Shown here: positions 20,790-29,927 of the stretch, one piece after another
How the letters are laid out: the number at the start of each line of letters is the position of its first letter
How positions within the stretch are numbered: the first letter of the stretch is position 1
NCBI GenBank assembly: GCA_963669175.1
Contig: OY769902.1
Location: 3,488,001-3,552,000 of the forward strand
Source: a bacterium
GTDB lineage: Bacteria > Electryoneota > Electryoneia > Electryoneales > Electryoneaceae
Direction: 5' to 3'
DNA: 64,000 nucleotides
The notes under the pieces: model-generated
Told to the model about the DNA's origin: nothing
The model's input: the letters and a program-made list of their open reading frames with translations, nothing else
The model's database searches: none
Made by a program: the position numbers and the translations under genes

Positions 20790-21743
20790 ATGACTACGCT
20801 TCCCCGCAAAAAGATGTTTGTGGTTCGTCGGCTGCATGTAATTGCGGCCGGCTTGAGCCTGTTACTGCTATCGCTGTCAATGGCGGTCGCCGCACAGTGG
20901 GATGTTATTCGCCCTGCTAAAGGCGGTAGAAGAACCGTTCTGGTGATTGAAGACAAGGAATGGGCCTACTGGCGACTGAAACCCGGTCAGAGCATGTCAT
21001 TTGATCTGCAACCAGGTGAGTACAGGGTTATTACCCGCGCTGATTTGAGTGACACGAAACGGAAAGAAAGCACCTATACTTTCCGTATTGGCATTGATGA
21101 TCCCAAAGGCCGGTTATACAGCCGTGCCACCAGCAGGGATAAACAATCCCATGCGCGTGGCAAGGATCAATCTCGCATCGGAAAAAGCCGTACTGTCTAT
21201 CTGACATCGGAAAACGGCAACCAGACCATGACGATCAGCCTTGGCAAGGAAGCGCCACGCCCTGTCTATTTCAGGGTACAGGTGGAAGCCAAAGCTTATC
21301 GTTCAGGCACTGAGTACGTCGCTGTTACACCCAGCAGCTATCGTGACGCCCATAGCATCGCTACGAACGAAGACATCAACACGTATTACGCTGTTGATGA
21401 GGAACAACGTCTGACACTGGATGTTAACGGTCCGACGACGATAAGAGTGCTGGCGCGTTTAATGCTGGATGAAAGCATGCGCGGAGAAATCAAGTTCCCG
21501 TTGCAGGTTTTCGAAGACGGCGCCTTGAAAAACACGTATTCGCTGACGACCAGTGCATCACAGGTGTCCACTCTTATGGACAGGAACGATGTGCTTCCAT
21601 CACGCGGCGAATCTTTCTTTATCGAGGTACCTCGCGGACGTCATAAATACAACTTCGTTCCACCTGAGCGCCAGTTTGAGATCATGCTTCGGTTCTTCTT
21701 GCCGGAAGATGATCTCACCAACGAGCCTACCGCAGGCAAATAA
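20790..21743 (+). CDS. Exported hypothetical protein with two repeated beta-rich domains
   Basis: Signal peptide ending AVAA; internal repeat (YWRLKPGQSMSFDLQPGEYRVITR vs YYAVDEEQRLTLDVNGPTTIRVLAR); starts 4 nt after the pgsW stop. Confidence 0.75.
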   Translation: MTTLPRKKMFVVRRLHVIAAGLSLLLLSLSMAVAAQWDVIRPAKGGRRTVLVIEDKEWAYWRLKPGQSMSFDLQPGEYRVITRADLSDTKRKESTYTFRIGIDDPKGRLYSRATSRDKQSHARGKDQSRIGKSRTVYLTSENGNQTMTISLGKEAPRPVYFRVQVEAKAYRSGTEYVAVTPSSYRDAHSIATNEDINTYYAVDEEQRLTLDVNGPTTIRVLARLMLDESMRGEIKFPLQVFEDGALKNTYSLTTSASQVSTLMDRNDVLPSRGESFFIEVPRGRHKYNFVPPERQFEIMLRFFLPEDDLTNEPTAGK

Positions 21744-21773
21744 GCGGTATTCGTTTGTCAAGTTTGAATTTTC

Positions 21774-21810
21774 AAGGCCTGCATGAAGACAAAGCGGGCC
21801 TTTATTGTTT
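21774..21810 (+). terminator. Possible hairpin/terminator between exported protein and beta-barrel gene
   Basis: AAGGCCTGC...GCGGGCCTT followed by TATTGTTT. Confidence 0.4.
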
Positions 21811-21891
21811 ATATTAGCATTAGTGGATTGAGTCACATGGATCGATCCACTTGATACGGCACACTTTGATTGTCAGCATGGGGAGTGAACC

Positions 21892-23001
21892 ATGAAAAAG
21901 ACACGCATCCGGCACGGTTTCGCAACACTGTTGATTGGCGCATTAACCGTTTCCATGATCCTGCCAGTACAATCCATGGCGCGTGCCTGGAACTGGAAAA
22001 AGGACACTGGTTTCAGCATCACCTACACCAGCGGTTACGACAGTAACATCCTTGAGTTAAGCGATGACGATATTGACCGGTTCGAGAACAATGAACTCCC
22101 CGGCTCAACTTCGCCCTCTACCTACGATGACCTGGTTCAGAATTTCGGCGCCAAGTTTAAGATCTACTCGCCCAAATACCTGGATTTCCGGCGCACACGG
22201 CTGTTTTACACGTTCGGTTACCAGTCATTTGCCGGGAACAAATACAACGATCGCGTCAGCCACTCCCTGTTCCTGATGCAGGACATTACCCGGAAAGTGG
22301 ACCTGGTGGCGAGTTATTTCTGGATTCCACAACGGTATCTGCGTGACTATTATGATCGCGACATGGGGCATATCTATCCCTGTGAATTCACCTATCACCT
22401 GTACTCGGCAGGATTACGTTTCCAGGTTACCAAACAGATTCGCCTGGACGGCCGCTACGAAGGCTACCAGGTGTATTACAACAGGTACTTCACGGAATAC
22501 GATTCCGAATCCAATGGTTTTCGCGTTGGACTCCAGGTGAAGGTTCTGCCCAAGTTGGTCTTTGATGGTGATGTCCGGTATCGTTGGGCGGATAATGTGG
22601 GCTTCGATCAAAATGAGATCGTGGCAAACAATGCTTCTCTTCTTGACGCGGAATATGGCGATGGCAGCTACGGAGAAGAATGGTTCGAGTACGGCTTGTC
22701 CTGGGAAACCCCTGAACTCCTTAATCGCACATGGGATGTGCAGGTGACTCACAGGTTACGGCATCGTTACTACACCAGCGACATGTCACTGGAAGATGAT
22801 CCGTTCCATGCTGGACGTGAACACTTGCAGCAGCGACTGTTTCTTGATGTGAACACCAGCATCGTTTCGGGACTGAGCGGCGGCATCGCACTCGAGTATG
22901 AGTGGCGTCGTACTGACTCACCAAACGATAAGGTTCCCGTAGTGAAGGACTTTGACGCCTACAGGGCCATGTTAAACTTCACAATCGAGATTTGGGATTG
23001 A
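21892..23001 (+). CDS. Outer-membrane beta-barrel protein (polymer-export barrel-like)
   Basis: Signal peptide, N-terminal GYDSNI motif, alternating Tyr/aromatic strands, C-terminal strand RAMLNFTIEIWD. Confidence 0.75.
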   Translation: MKKTRIRHGFATLLIGALTVSMILPVQSMARAWNWKKDTGFSITYTSGYDSNILELSDDDIDRFENNELPGSTSPSTYDDLVQNFGAKFKIYSPKYLDFRRTRLFYTFGYQSFAGNKYNDRVSHSLFLMQDITRKVDLVASYFWIPQRYLRDYYDRDMGHIYPCEFTYHLYSAGLRFQVTKQIRLDGRYEGYQVYYNRYFTEYDSESNGFRVGLQVKVLPKLVFDGDVRYRWADNVGFDQNEIVANNASLLDAEYGDGSYGEEWFEYGLSWETPELLNRTWDVQVTHRLRHRYYTSDMSLEDDPFHAGREHLQQRLFLDVNTSIVSGLSGGIALEYEWRRTDSPNDKVPVVKDFDAYRAMLNFTIEIWD

Positions 23002-23850
23002 TTCGATCCGATAGACAGTTTTCCGGGGGACGTGCCATCTTTGGTACGTCCTCTTTTTCTTCAAAGGACTGGGTTGGTACTTTCTATCCACCAGGGATAA
23101 AAATCGACCAACTTCATCGCCCATTATGCTACTATTTTCCCTTCTATTGAGATTGACGCGACCTATTACGGTGTCCCACGTGAAAGTATGATACAGGAAT
23201 TCATCGATAAAACACCGGAAAGCTTCATCATCTCAGCCAAGTTCCCAGGTGAAATCGTCCATGCCGGCAAATCATACACTCCCGATATTGCAAAGCTGCT
23301 GATCCCTGAATACACATATGAGACGCGTGATACCTTCCTCGAACGCATGGCAAAAATTGGCCCACGACTTGGTCCTCTCCTGCTGCAGTTCCCCTACTTC
23401 TCCAAGCGGCTATATAGTAATGCTGGGCCGTTTGTGGAAAGACTGGAACAATTTCTTTCAGATCTTCCGCAGATGCCTTTCAGGTATGCAGTTGAAATCA
23501 GGAATAGAACATGGTTGACAACACGTTTTATGGATATGCTTCGTAGGTACAATGTCGCGCTGGCATTGACTGATCATCCCTGGATGCCCCATGGTGATGA
23601 AATGCGATTCGATCCTGTGACAACTGACTTTGTTTACATCCGTCTTCTTGGCGATAGAAAAGCCATTGAGGAGATTACAACTTCTTGGGATAAAGTCGTT
23701 GTGGACAATTCTGACAGGATCGAACGATGGGCAAGCCTGATCAGAAAACTGGTTGAACGGGATCTTGTGGTGTACACCTATTCCAATAACCATTATTCCG
23801 GTCATGCGCCTGCCACGACGCGACAGTTAATGGAATTGGTGGAAAGGTAA
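22998..23850 (+). pseudogene. DUF72 family protein, frameshifted in an A5 run at 23099-23103 (or a sequencing error)
   Basis: The frame from TTG 22998 gives GTSSFSSKDWVGTFYP. The +1 frame continues STNFIAHYATIFPSIEIDATYY and runs into ORF 23188..23850 (LLLQFP, YAVEIRN, YIRLLG, NNHYSGHAP). Confidence 0.8.
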
Positions 23851-23859
23851 GCAGTTCTG

Positions 23860-24681
23860 CTAGAAGAGCTTGAGGAATCCTGTTACCACGAAATACAGGT
23901 AGACTCCAGGCAAGGCGAATATTGTAGAATCGAAACGGTCCAATGCACCTCCATGCCCCGGTAAGAGTTTACCTGAGTCTTTTACATTGGCAGTCCGTTT
24001 CGCCAGTGACGCCGCCAGATCGCCGACCTGTGACAGGACACCTACAATCAGTCCAAGCGCAATACGATCATGCAAGGCAAATGGAAGGTCGAAAGGCATG
24101 GCAGCGAAGATGTACCAGATCAGCACAACAACCACACCGCCAATACTGCCTTCAATGGTTTTCTTGGGTGAGATTTTCGGCGCAAGTGGATGTTTGCCAA
24201 ACAAGCGTCCTGCAAAGTAAGCGCCGCTATCCGTGAACCATACACCTGCCCAGATATACACGAAGACATACATGGCAAGCAGGTTATTCTCAGCCCAGAT
24301 ATACCCTTCACGAATCAGAACCAGGGTAATAAGCGGCAATGCAGCAAACGTGACTGAGAATATAGTTGTTGTAAAACTCCTGAAGCTGTCAGTAGTACTG
24401 TTTGTTACTGCAAGGATACCTGAGATCAAACTGAGTAGAAGCAAAATCGGAAGGAAAGCGCCTTCTCCCCAGATGTAAATCACTATCGGGGAAACCGCGC
24501 CGAAGAGCACGGCAAAAATCACAAATTCGAAACCGCAACGGAACATCCGTAATAATTCACGCTGAATAGCACCTGCCATGATAGCGACAAAGACTACCAT
24601 CACCCATCCCCCGAAGTATGCCATACCAAAGGCAATAGGGATTAGCAAGAAAGCTACACCAACACGTTTTACAAGCTCCAT
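23860..24681 (-). CDS. cdsA: Phosphatidate cytidylyltransferase
   Basis: DSGAYFAG, ISPKKTIEG, GDL..S..KR...VKDSG.LLPGHGG.LDRFDS. Confidence 0.96.
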   Translation of the reverse strand: MELVKRVGVAFLLIPIAFGMAYFGGWVMVVFVAIMAGAIQRELLRMFRCGFEFVIFAVLFGAVSPIVIYIWGEGAFLPILLLLSLISGILAVTNSTTDSFRSFTTTIFSVTFAALPLITLVLIREGYIWAENNLLAMYVFVYIWAGVWFTDSGAYFAGRLFGKHPLAPKISPKKTIEGSIGGVVVVLIWYIFAAMPFDLPFALHDRIALGLIVGVLSQVGDLAASLAKRTANVKDSGKLLPGHGGALDRFDSTIFALPGVYLYFVVTGFLKLF

Positions 24682-24683
24682 GC

Positions 24684-25298
24684 TCAGCGTTCACCCATCT
24701 TGATGATCTTTGCGGTTACTTCACCGGTTCCGTCGTTGTACAAACCAATTCGTCGTGCTGCTGCTACACTCAAATCGATGATGCGTCCGTGTTTATATGG
24801 ACCGCGATCATTAACCCTGACACGTACCTTCTGTCCGGTCTTTTTATAGGTTACCTCAAGCACAGTCCCGAAAGGCAATTCACGATGCGCACAAGTTAGC
24901 GCATTCTGGTTGTAAATTTCACCGTTCGCAGTCTTTTTTCCATGAAATCCCGGACCGTAAAAACTAGCCCGCCCAGTCAATACCTGCCCTTGTCTGTATT
25001 TTCCCTGCTGTTCTGCCGTTGGCGCTACAACCGGTAAATCAATAATGCTTTTCACCTGTTCCAAAGGCTCAGGTGTATCCACAAGCGTATCTGTCGTCGC
25101 AGGTTCCGGCAGTTGTTCTATCGTCTTTTCCTGTACCACAGGTGGATCAGCTACAACCGGCTTTTGTGGTGGGGGTGTATAATTTTTAGAGGTATAGATC
25201 GGCATTGGAGTACACCCCCAAAGCCATAATCCAACCAGTATCCCCCCCAGCCCCAGGTACATCACAGGGCCATGCTTGCCACGGCCCCGGAAACTCAT
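24684..25298 (-). CDS. rlpA: Septal ring lytic transglycosylase RlpA family lipoprotein
   Basis: Lipobox LWGC; GRASFYG, TANGE, AHRELPFGT, VNDRGP, IIDLS. Confidence 0.93.
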   Translation of the reverse strand: MSFRGRGKHGPVMYLGLGGILVGLWLWGCTPMPIYTSKNYTPPPQKPVVADPPVVQEKTIEQLPEPATTDTLVDTPEPLEQVKSIIDLPVVAPTAEQQGKYRQGQVLTGRASFYGPGFHGKKTANGEIYNQNALTCAHRELPFGTVLEVTYKKTGQKVRVRVNDRGPYKHGRIIDLSVAAARRIGLYNDGTGEVTAKIIKMGER

Positions 25299-26245
25299 CC
25301 AGGTACACCATGCATGTAAGGCGAATCGGTTTTCAATGTTCCAGTCAGCTCTGAAATGGATTGAATACCTGCCTCCTCAAGGTAACACCCCAGACCGGCA
25401 TTCAGCTTCTCTGGAGTATTCGGATCTGCATAAAGCATCGTCCCGACCTGAACAGCCGATGCTCCAACGATGAAGAACTCAATAATGTCCTGCCAGGTTA
25501 CAATCCCCCCCAGCCCCACAATGGGAATGGAAATGGACTTATATGCCTCCCAGACTTTCGCTAACGCAATCGGTTTGATGGGCGGTCCGGAATAGCCACC
25601 GGTAATAGTCGCCAGTTTTGGGCGCCTGCTGCGGTAATCTACGGCCATCCCGACAACAGTATTGATCAGGCTGATGGCATCCGCACCGCCGGCTTCAGCC
25701 GCCTTTGCCCCATCTGTAACCGTTGCCACGTTAGGCGTCAACTTGGCCATGAACCAGCGATTGGTGATTGAACGAATCTTGCTGACCAATTCTTCGGTAA
25801 CCGCAGGATTCCTACTGAATGCCATTCCCCCCTCTTTTACGTTGGGACAGGAGATATTCAATTCATAGCCGTCAATACTATCAACTTCTTCCAATTTCCG
25901 TACTACAGTAAGATAATCCTCGACAACACGTCCCGCGACAGACACGATCACTTTTGTGCCAAGACCTGCTAATTTTGGGGCAACCGTAGCACAGAATTCA
26001 TCTACTCCCATATTGGCAAGACCGATACTGTTCAACAGGCCCGGACCAACCTCGGCAAGACGTGGTGGCGGATTTCCTTCCCAACGCACCGGAGCAATAC
26101 TTTTCGTAACAAATGCGCCCAAGTGTGATGGTGCGGCCAACTCCGCGTATTCGATGCCGTAACCGTAGCACCCTGAAGCGGCAATCACCGGGCTTTGAAG
26201 CTCAAGTGAGCCTAATTTCACCTTGATCGGGTTTTTATTTTCCAT
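25295..26245 (-). CDS. pyrD: Dihydroorotate dehydrogenase B, catalytic subunit
   Basis: AASGC, GNPPPR, NSIGLAN, ELNISCPN, KLTPN, GGYSGP; start moved to ATG 26245 (GGAG RBS). Confidence 0.95.
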   Translation of the reverse strand: MENKNPIKVKLGSLELQSPVIAASGCYGYGIEYAELAAPSHLGAFVTKSIAPVRWEGNPPPRLAEVGPGLLNSIGLANMGVDEFCATVAPKLAGLGTKVIVSVAGRVVEDYLTVVRKLEEVDSIDGYELNISCPNVKEGGMAFSRNPAVTEELVSKIRSITNRWFMAKLTPNVATVTDGAKAAEAGGADAISLINTVVGMAVDYRSRRPKLATITGGYSGPPIKPIALAKVWEAYKSISIPIVGLGGIVTWQDIIEFFIVGASAVQVGTMLYADPNTPEKLNAGLGCYLEEAGIQSISELTGTLKTDSPYMHGVPG

Positions 26246-27041
26246 GGGGTGACTCCACATCAAAGAGTGGAAATACCGGGCCATCGTGACAGACCAACTG
26301 GTATGATGTCGGTCCCCCCTTCACCCGTACCGCACATCCCTGGCAAACTCCTATGCCACACCCCATTTGTTGTTCAAGGGATACTTCCGCCAACATCAGT
26401 TTTTCACCTGGAGTGATTTTCTGCATGGCCAGCACTAGCCCCCACGGTCCACAAATATATACAGCGGTCTTTCCAAGTTTGCCTGATTCTTTCAGTGCTG
26501 TGAACCATTTCATTGCCAGCTCAGTAGCCAGGCCGGATGGTCCATCACCCGGCTTTTCGAGAATAATCTCAGCATCTTGTCTGGCAGTGTCATCCGGTCC
26601 AAGCGGAATATCTTCAGCGGTGCGTGCGCCAATGAGAAGATGTGTCTGTACGCCCTTTGCTTTCAGATGATCGTGAAGGTATACCATGGGCGGCACCCCA
26701 AGCCCACCACCCACCATGATTGCATGTTCCAGTGAGTCGGGCGCTGAGAAGCCTCTACCCAGCGGACCAAGCAGGCTTACGGTCTCTCCTGCGCTACGTT
26801 TAGTAAACTCTTCTGTCCCTGTCCCAACGACTCGCCACACCAGCTCAAGCTTATCCTCTTCCACTCTACCGATGCTGAGCGGCCTGCGCAGCAGGGGTAA
26901 AGTCGATTCCTTTATGCGTACATGAAGGAATTGTCCCGGGACGGCAGCGGCGCATATCTCCGGTGATTGCAGCCACATAGACCAGATGTGAGGAGCGATC
27001 CGGGTATTGGAGAGGACAACAGCATTCTCAAGTATTTTCAC
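26235..27041 (-). CDS. pyrK: Dihydroorotate dehydrogenase electron transfer subunit
   Basis: PGQF, RRPLSI, GPLGRGF, CGP, MGCGIGVCQGC..C.DGPVF [2Fe-2S]. Confidence 0.94.
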   Translation of the reverse strand: MKILENAVVLSNTRIAPHIWSMWLQSPEICAAAVPGQFLHVRIKESTLPLLRRPLSIGRVEEDKLELVWRVVGTGTEEFTKRSAGETVSLLGPLGRGFSAPDSLEHAIMVGGGLGVPPMVYLHDHLKAKGVQTHLLIGARTAEDIPLGPDDTARQDAEIILEKPGDGPSGLATELAMKWFTALKESGKLGKTAVYICGPWGLVLAMQKITPGEKLMLAEVSLEQQMGCGIGVCQGCAVRVKGGPTSYQLVCHDGPVFPLFDVESPHGK

Positions 27042-29923
27042 TAGCGACGACTCCTGGGCAAGGGACGAATGTTTGGTGGTGCGTCCAGAGGCAAAGTATA
27101 ACGGCGCTGAACCCTTACGTCAACTGGTTCGTTATCAATACGTCCAGGTGCAAACTCCGACTGCTCCAACCCGGCAATCAACGCTCTCGCCAGACCTCGT
27201 CCCGGCGGATCCTCCAGGACAACCCTGAAATCACCTGCGTGGCCATCTGCACTGATAACATACCAGAGCAATACTTCGCCGCCCGTTCCGCTGATCACTT
27301 CGGGCGGTAACAGGTTTCTTGCTTCCAATAAATTGGCAAGCGCTTCAGTGCCACCGAAGAGATCCGGTGGTGGATCAACGGCTTCTTCTTCATAGGCTTC
27401 CAGTTCAGCATCGCTCGGTTGTAGAGCCAGCGAATCAACACCACCGCTGTTGTACAGATCAAGCGCATTCAGTTGCTGACCGGCCATCATCGCCTGCTCA
27501 GAACTCGGATAGCGTTGTTGAATATCATCCAGGATTTCACCTGCCGTCTCCGGATCATCCATCTCCCACCCGGCTAGATATGCTGCCGCATAAAGCGAAC
27601 GTGGCGCAAAGGGTGATTCGGGGTAGGTTTCCGCTACCCAGCGATATTTTGAATAGACGTCACTGACATTCATACTGTCATCGAGGAACATGGCCTCCGC
27701 TTCAAGGAAAGCTTCTTCATCAGATGACAATGGACGCGGTGGAATCTCACGTCCCAGTGATTGGGCTGCTTCAAGTCCAATCCTGGTGTCTGCGAAATCA
27801 TTTGCAAGAAGTGTCTGAATTGAATCGCGTTTATCGTATGAAGAATCATATTCTGCAATATACGCCAGAGCTGCATAGGCGCGAGCGCGAACTGTATCCG
27901 CGTTTTGACCAACCAGTAATTCCTGGAATACAACTTCGGCTGAATCTGGCTGACGTAAATTGAACAGGAGAATCTCGCCCAGTTGGAAACGTAAATCCTG
28001 CAATTCGAAACGCATTTGGGCGAGTGAATCCTGTACAGGGGTTGGATCAAACAGGCGAATTGGTTCCGGAACAGGTTCAGGCTCAACCTCTTCAGGCGCT
28101 TCAATGACCAATTCACTACGTTCCTGTTGTATTGTCGAATCCGTTTTCAGGGAGGCAGAATCCAGTTCAACTTCTTCGGCCTGTTCGGCAACAACGACAA
28201 TTGAATCAGCCGGTTGCTCTTCGCCAGGCAAAATCAGCAGTGAATCCTGTTCCTGATCATTTAAGACATGAAGGCTGTCTGTGGCTGATGTGACAGCAGT
28301 ATCAGGCAGAGAAATATCGCCTGGAAGTTCTACACTAACTGAGTCTTCTGCCTGATGCTCAATGGCTAATGAGAAATCTGTTTCATGGATCGGCGGGGCA
28401 ACAGAATCAGCGAGGAGCGGTTCTACACCTCTTTCCCGCCACATTGATGTTGAATCGGACATCCCCGGCAAACCAGGTTCAAATCCCTCACCCGGTCCAT
28501 GATGCTCGCCTCTATGACGACCTCCGCCTTCCCCGGGTTCGGGTAGACGGAAAAGATCCCTTTCCAGTCGCGGCGGCTCCTCACCCGCCCCTGGTTCCAA
28601 TTGTTGCTTCGGCGCTTGTTCGGGTTCCGTTTCTGGGGCAGGTTCCGGTACTGATGAAACAGGAATACTGTCACGGTAGGCCCTTGCCCATAAGATGTTC
28701 AGTTTTAACGAATCTATCGCCAGAGAATCGTAATAGTCAGCTTGAGTGAAGTTGAGGGTATCCTGAGGATCGATGGGATTCCCAAGCCACATTGAAGTAA
28801 AATCCAGTCGTTTCTTTACAATGATACGTTTATGCGCCAAATCATCAACATCATTGAGAGAGGTCAGCAGCGAATCCGCTGTTTTTGCATAAAAACTGCC
28901 AGCCTTCTCTGTCGTTGCCTTGTCCAGTTTTTCTTTGGCAAGATCGCGTTCGCCGGGCGTCATCAGGTGTATCATGCCCATCTCAAAGTATGCACGGGAA
29001 GCTTCATCCGACCTGGAGTGATTGTCAATAACCCGTTGCAGTTCATCCAGCGCTTCTTCTGGATCCCCTAAACGGTATTGAATTATAGCCAGATAAACTC
29101 GAATCTCACCATGTTGTTCGAAATAGCGTTTGTCACGAAGCAAGTCCTGAAATACTTCCCTGGATTCTTCGTAATTCCTGTTTTCAAAAAGAGCACGCCC
29201 GTAGAAGATGTTCACCCGGTAACGAAGCGCTCGCGGCAACTCATACTTCAACGCCATTCCGAAATACTCTTCAGCCTCAGCGTAGCGTTGTTCCCTGAAA
29301 GCTGATTCACCGGCACGCCAATATGCTTCACCTTTTACTTTTGGATCTTTGGTCGTTTCCGTAATGGCGACAAACTCTTCTTCAGCACGCACAAACAGGG
29401 AGTCGATTACATACAGTTCGGCAAGCGCAAAAAGAGCTTCGCTGGTGATTTCCGGGTCATCCGTATCCACCATGAGACCACGCAATGAAGCCGTAGCTTC
29501 CTGCCGGTTCTTCAGTTTTACCAGGGTCTTCCCCAACCAGAGACGACCTTCCTGGTAAAAAGGACTATCCGGATAGTTGGCAATCAGTTCTTCAAACTTG
29601 CGTTTCGCTTTGTGGTATTCTTCCATCCAGTAATAACACTGCCCCATCAGGAACAGAGCGTCGTCGATATACTTCGAATTCGGATAGTACTCGAGTAATA
29701 CTGCACCGGACTCTACGGCCTTATTGTAGCCGGACGCCTTGGAATTCATGTCCGTCGAACGCTCGCGTTCCTTTTCCGCCTCGGAGTAATAATGCTTTAC
29801 GTTGTAAAACGCATTAAAGTAGGCACAACCGGAAAATGCGATAAGAATAGCCAGCAGAATGGATATTCTGATAATGCTTCTTGTGGTCGGGTTTAGTAAC
29901 CTGTTCGACGGCAGTTTCGGCAC
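27041..29923 (-). CDS. Large TPR lipoprotein (SprE/PorW/BamD-like N-terminus) with acidic linker and C-terminal TonB_C-like domain
   Basis: Lipobox FSGC, YFNAFYN, YPNSKYIDDALFLMG, many TPRs; C-terminal PPPDLFGG..GEV...VISADG..F.PGR..PV.V pattern. Confidence 0.7.
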   Translation of the reverse strand: MPKLPSNRLLNPTTRSIIRISILLAILIAFSGCAYFNAFYNVKHYYSEAEKERERSTDMNSKASGYNKAVESGAVLLEYYPNSKYIDDALFLMGQCYYWMEEYHKAKRKFEELIANYPDSPFYQEGRLWLGKTLVKLKNRQEATASLRGLMVDTDDPEITSEALFALAELYVIDSLFVRAEEEFVAITETTKDPKVKGEAYWRAGESAFREQRYAEAEEYFGMALKYELPRALRYRVNIFYGRALFENRNYEESREVFQDLLRDKRYFEQHGEIRVYLAIIQYRLGDPEEALDELQRVIDNHSRSDEASRAYFEMGMIHLMTPGERDLAKEKLDKATTEKAGSFYAKTADSLLTSLNDVDDLAHKRIIVKKRLDFTSMWLGNPIDPQDTLNFTQADYYDSLAIDSLKLNILWARAYRDSIPVSSVPEPAPETEPEQAPKQQLEPGAGEEPPRLERDLFRLPEPGEGGGRHRGEHHGPGEGFEPGLPGMSDSTSMWRERGVEPLLADSVAPPIHETDFSLAIEHQAEDSVSVELPGDISLPDTAVTSATDSLHVLNDQEQDSLLILPGEEQPADSIVVVAEQAEEVELDSASLKTDSTIQQERSELVIEAPEEVEPEPVPEPIRLFDPTPVQDSLAQMRFELQDLRFQLGEILLFNLRQPDSAEVVFQELLVGQNADTVRARAYAALAYIAEYDSSYDKRDSIQTLLANDFADTRIGLEAAQSLGREIPPRPLSSDEEAFLEAEAMFLDDSMNVSDVYSKYRWVAETYPESPFAPRSLYAAAYLAGWEMDDPETAGEILDDIQQRYPSSEQAMMAGQQLNALDLYNSGGVDSLALQPSDAELEAYEEEAVDPPPDLFGGTEALANLLEARNLLPPEVISGTGGEVLLWYVISADGHAGDFRVVLEDPPGRGLARALIAGLEQSEFAPGRIDNEPVDVRVQRRYTLPLDAPPNIRPLPRSRR

Positions 29924-29927
29924 CCTG

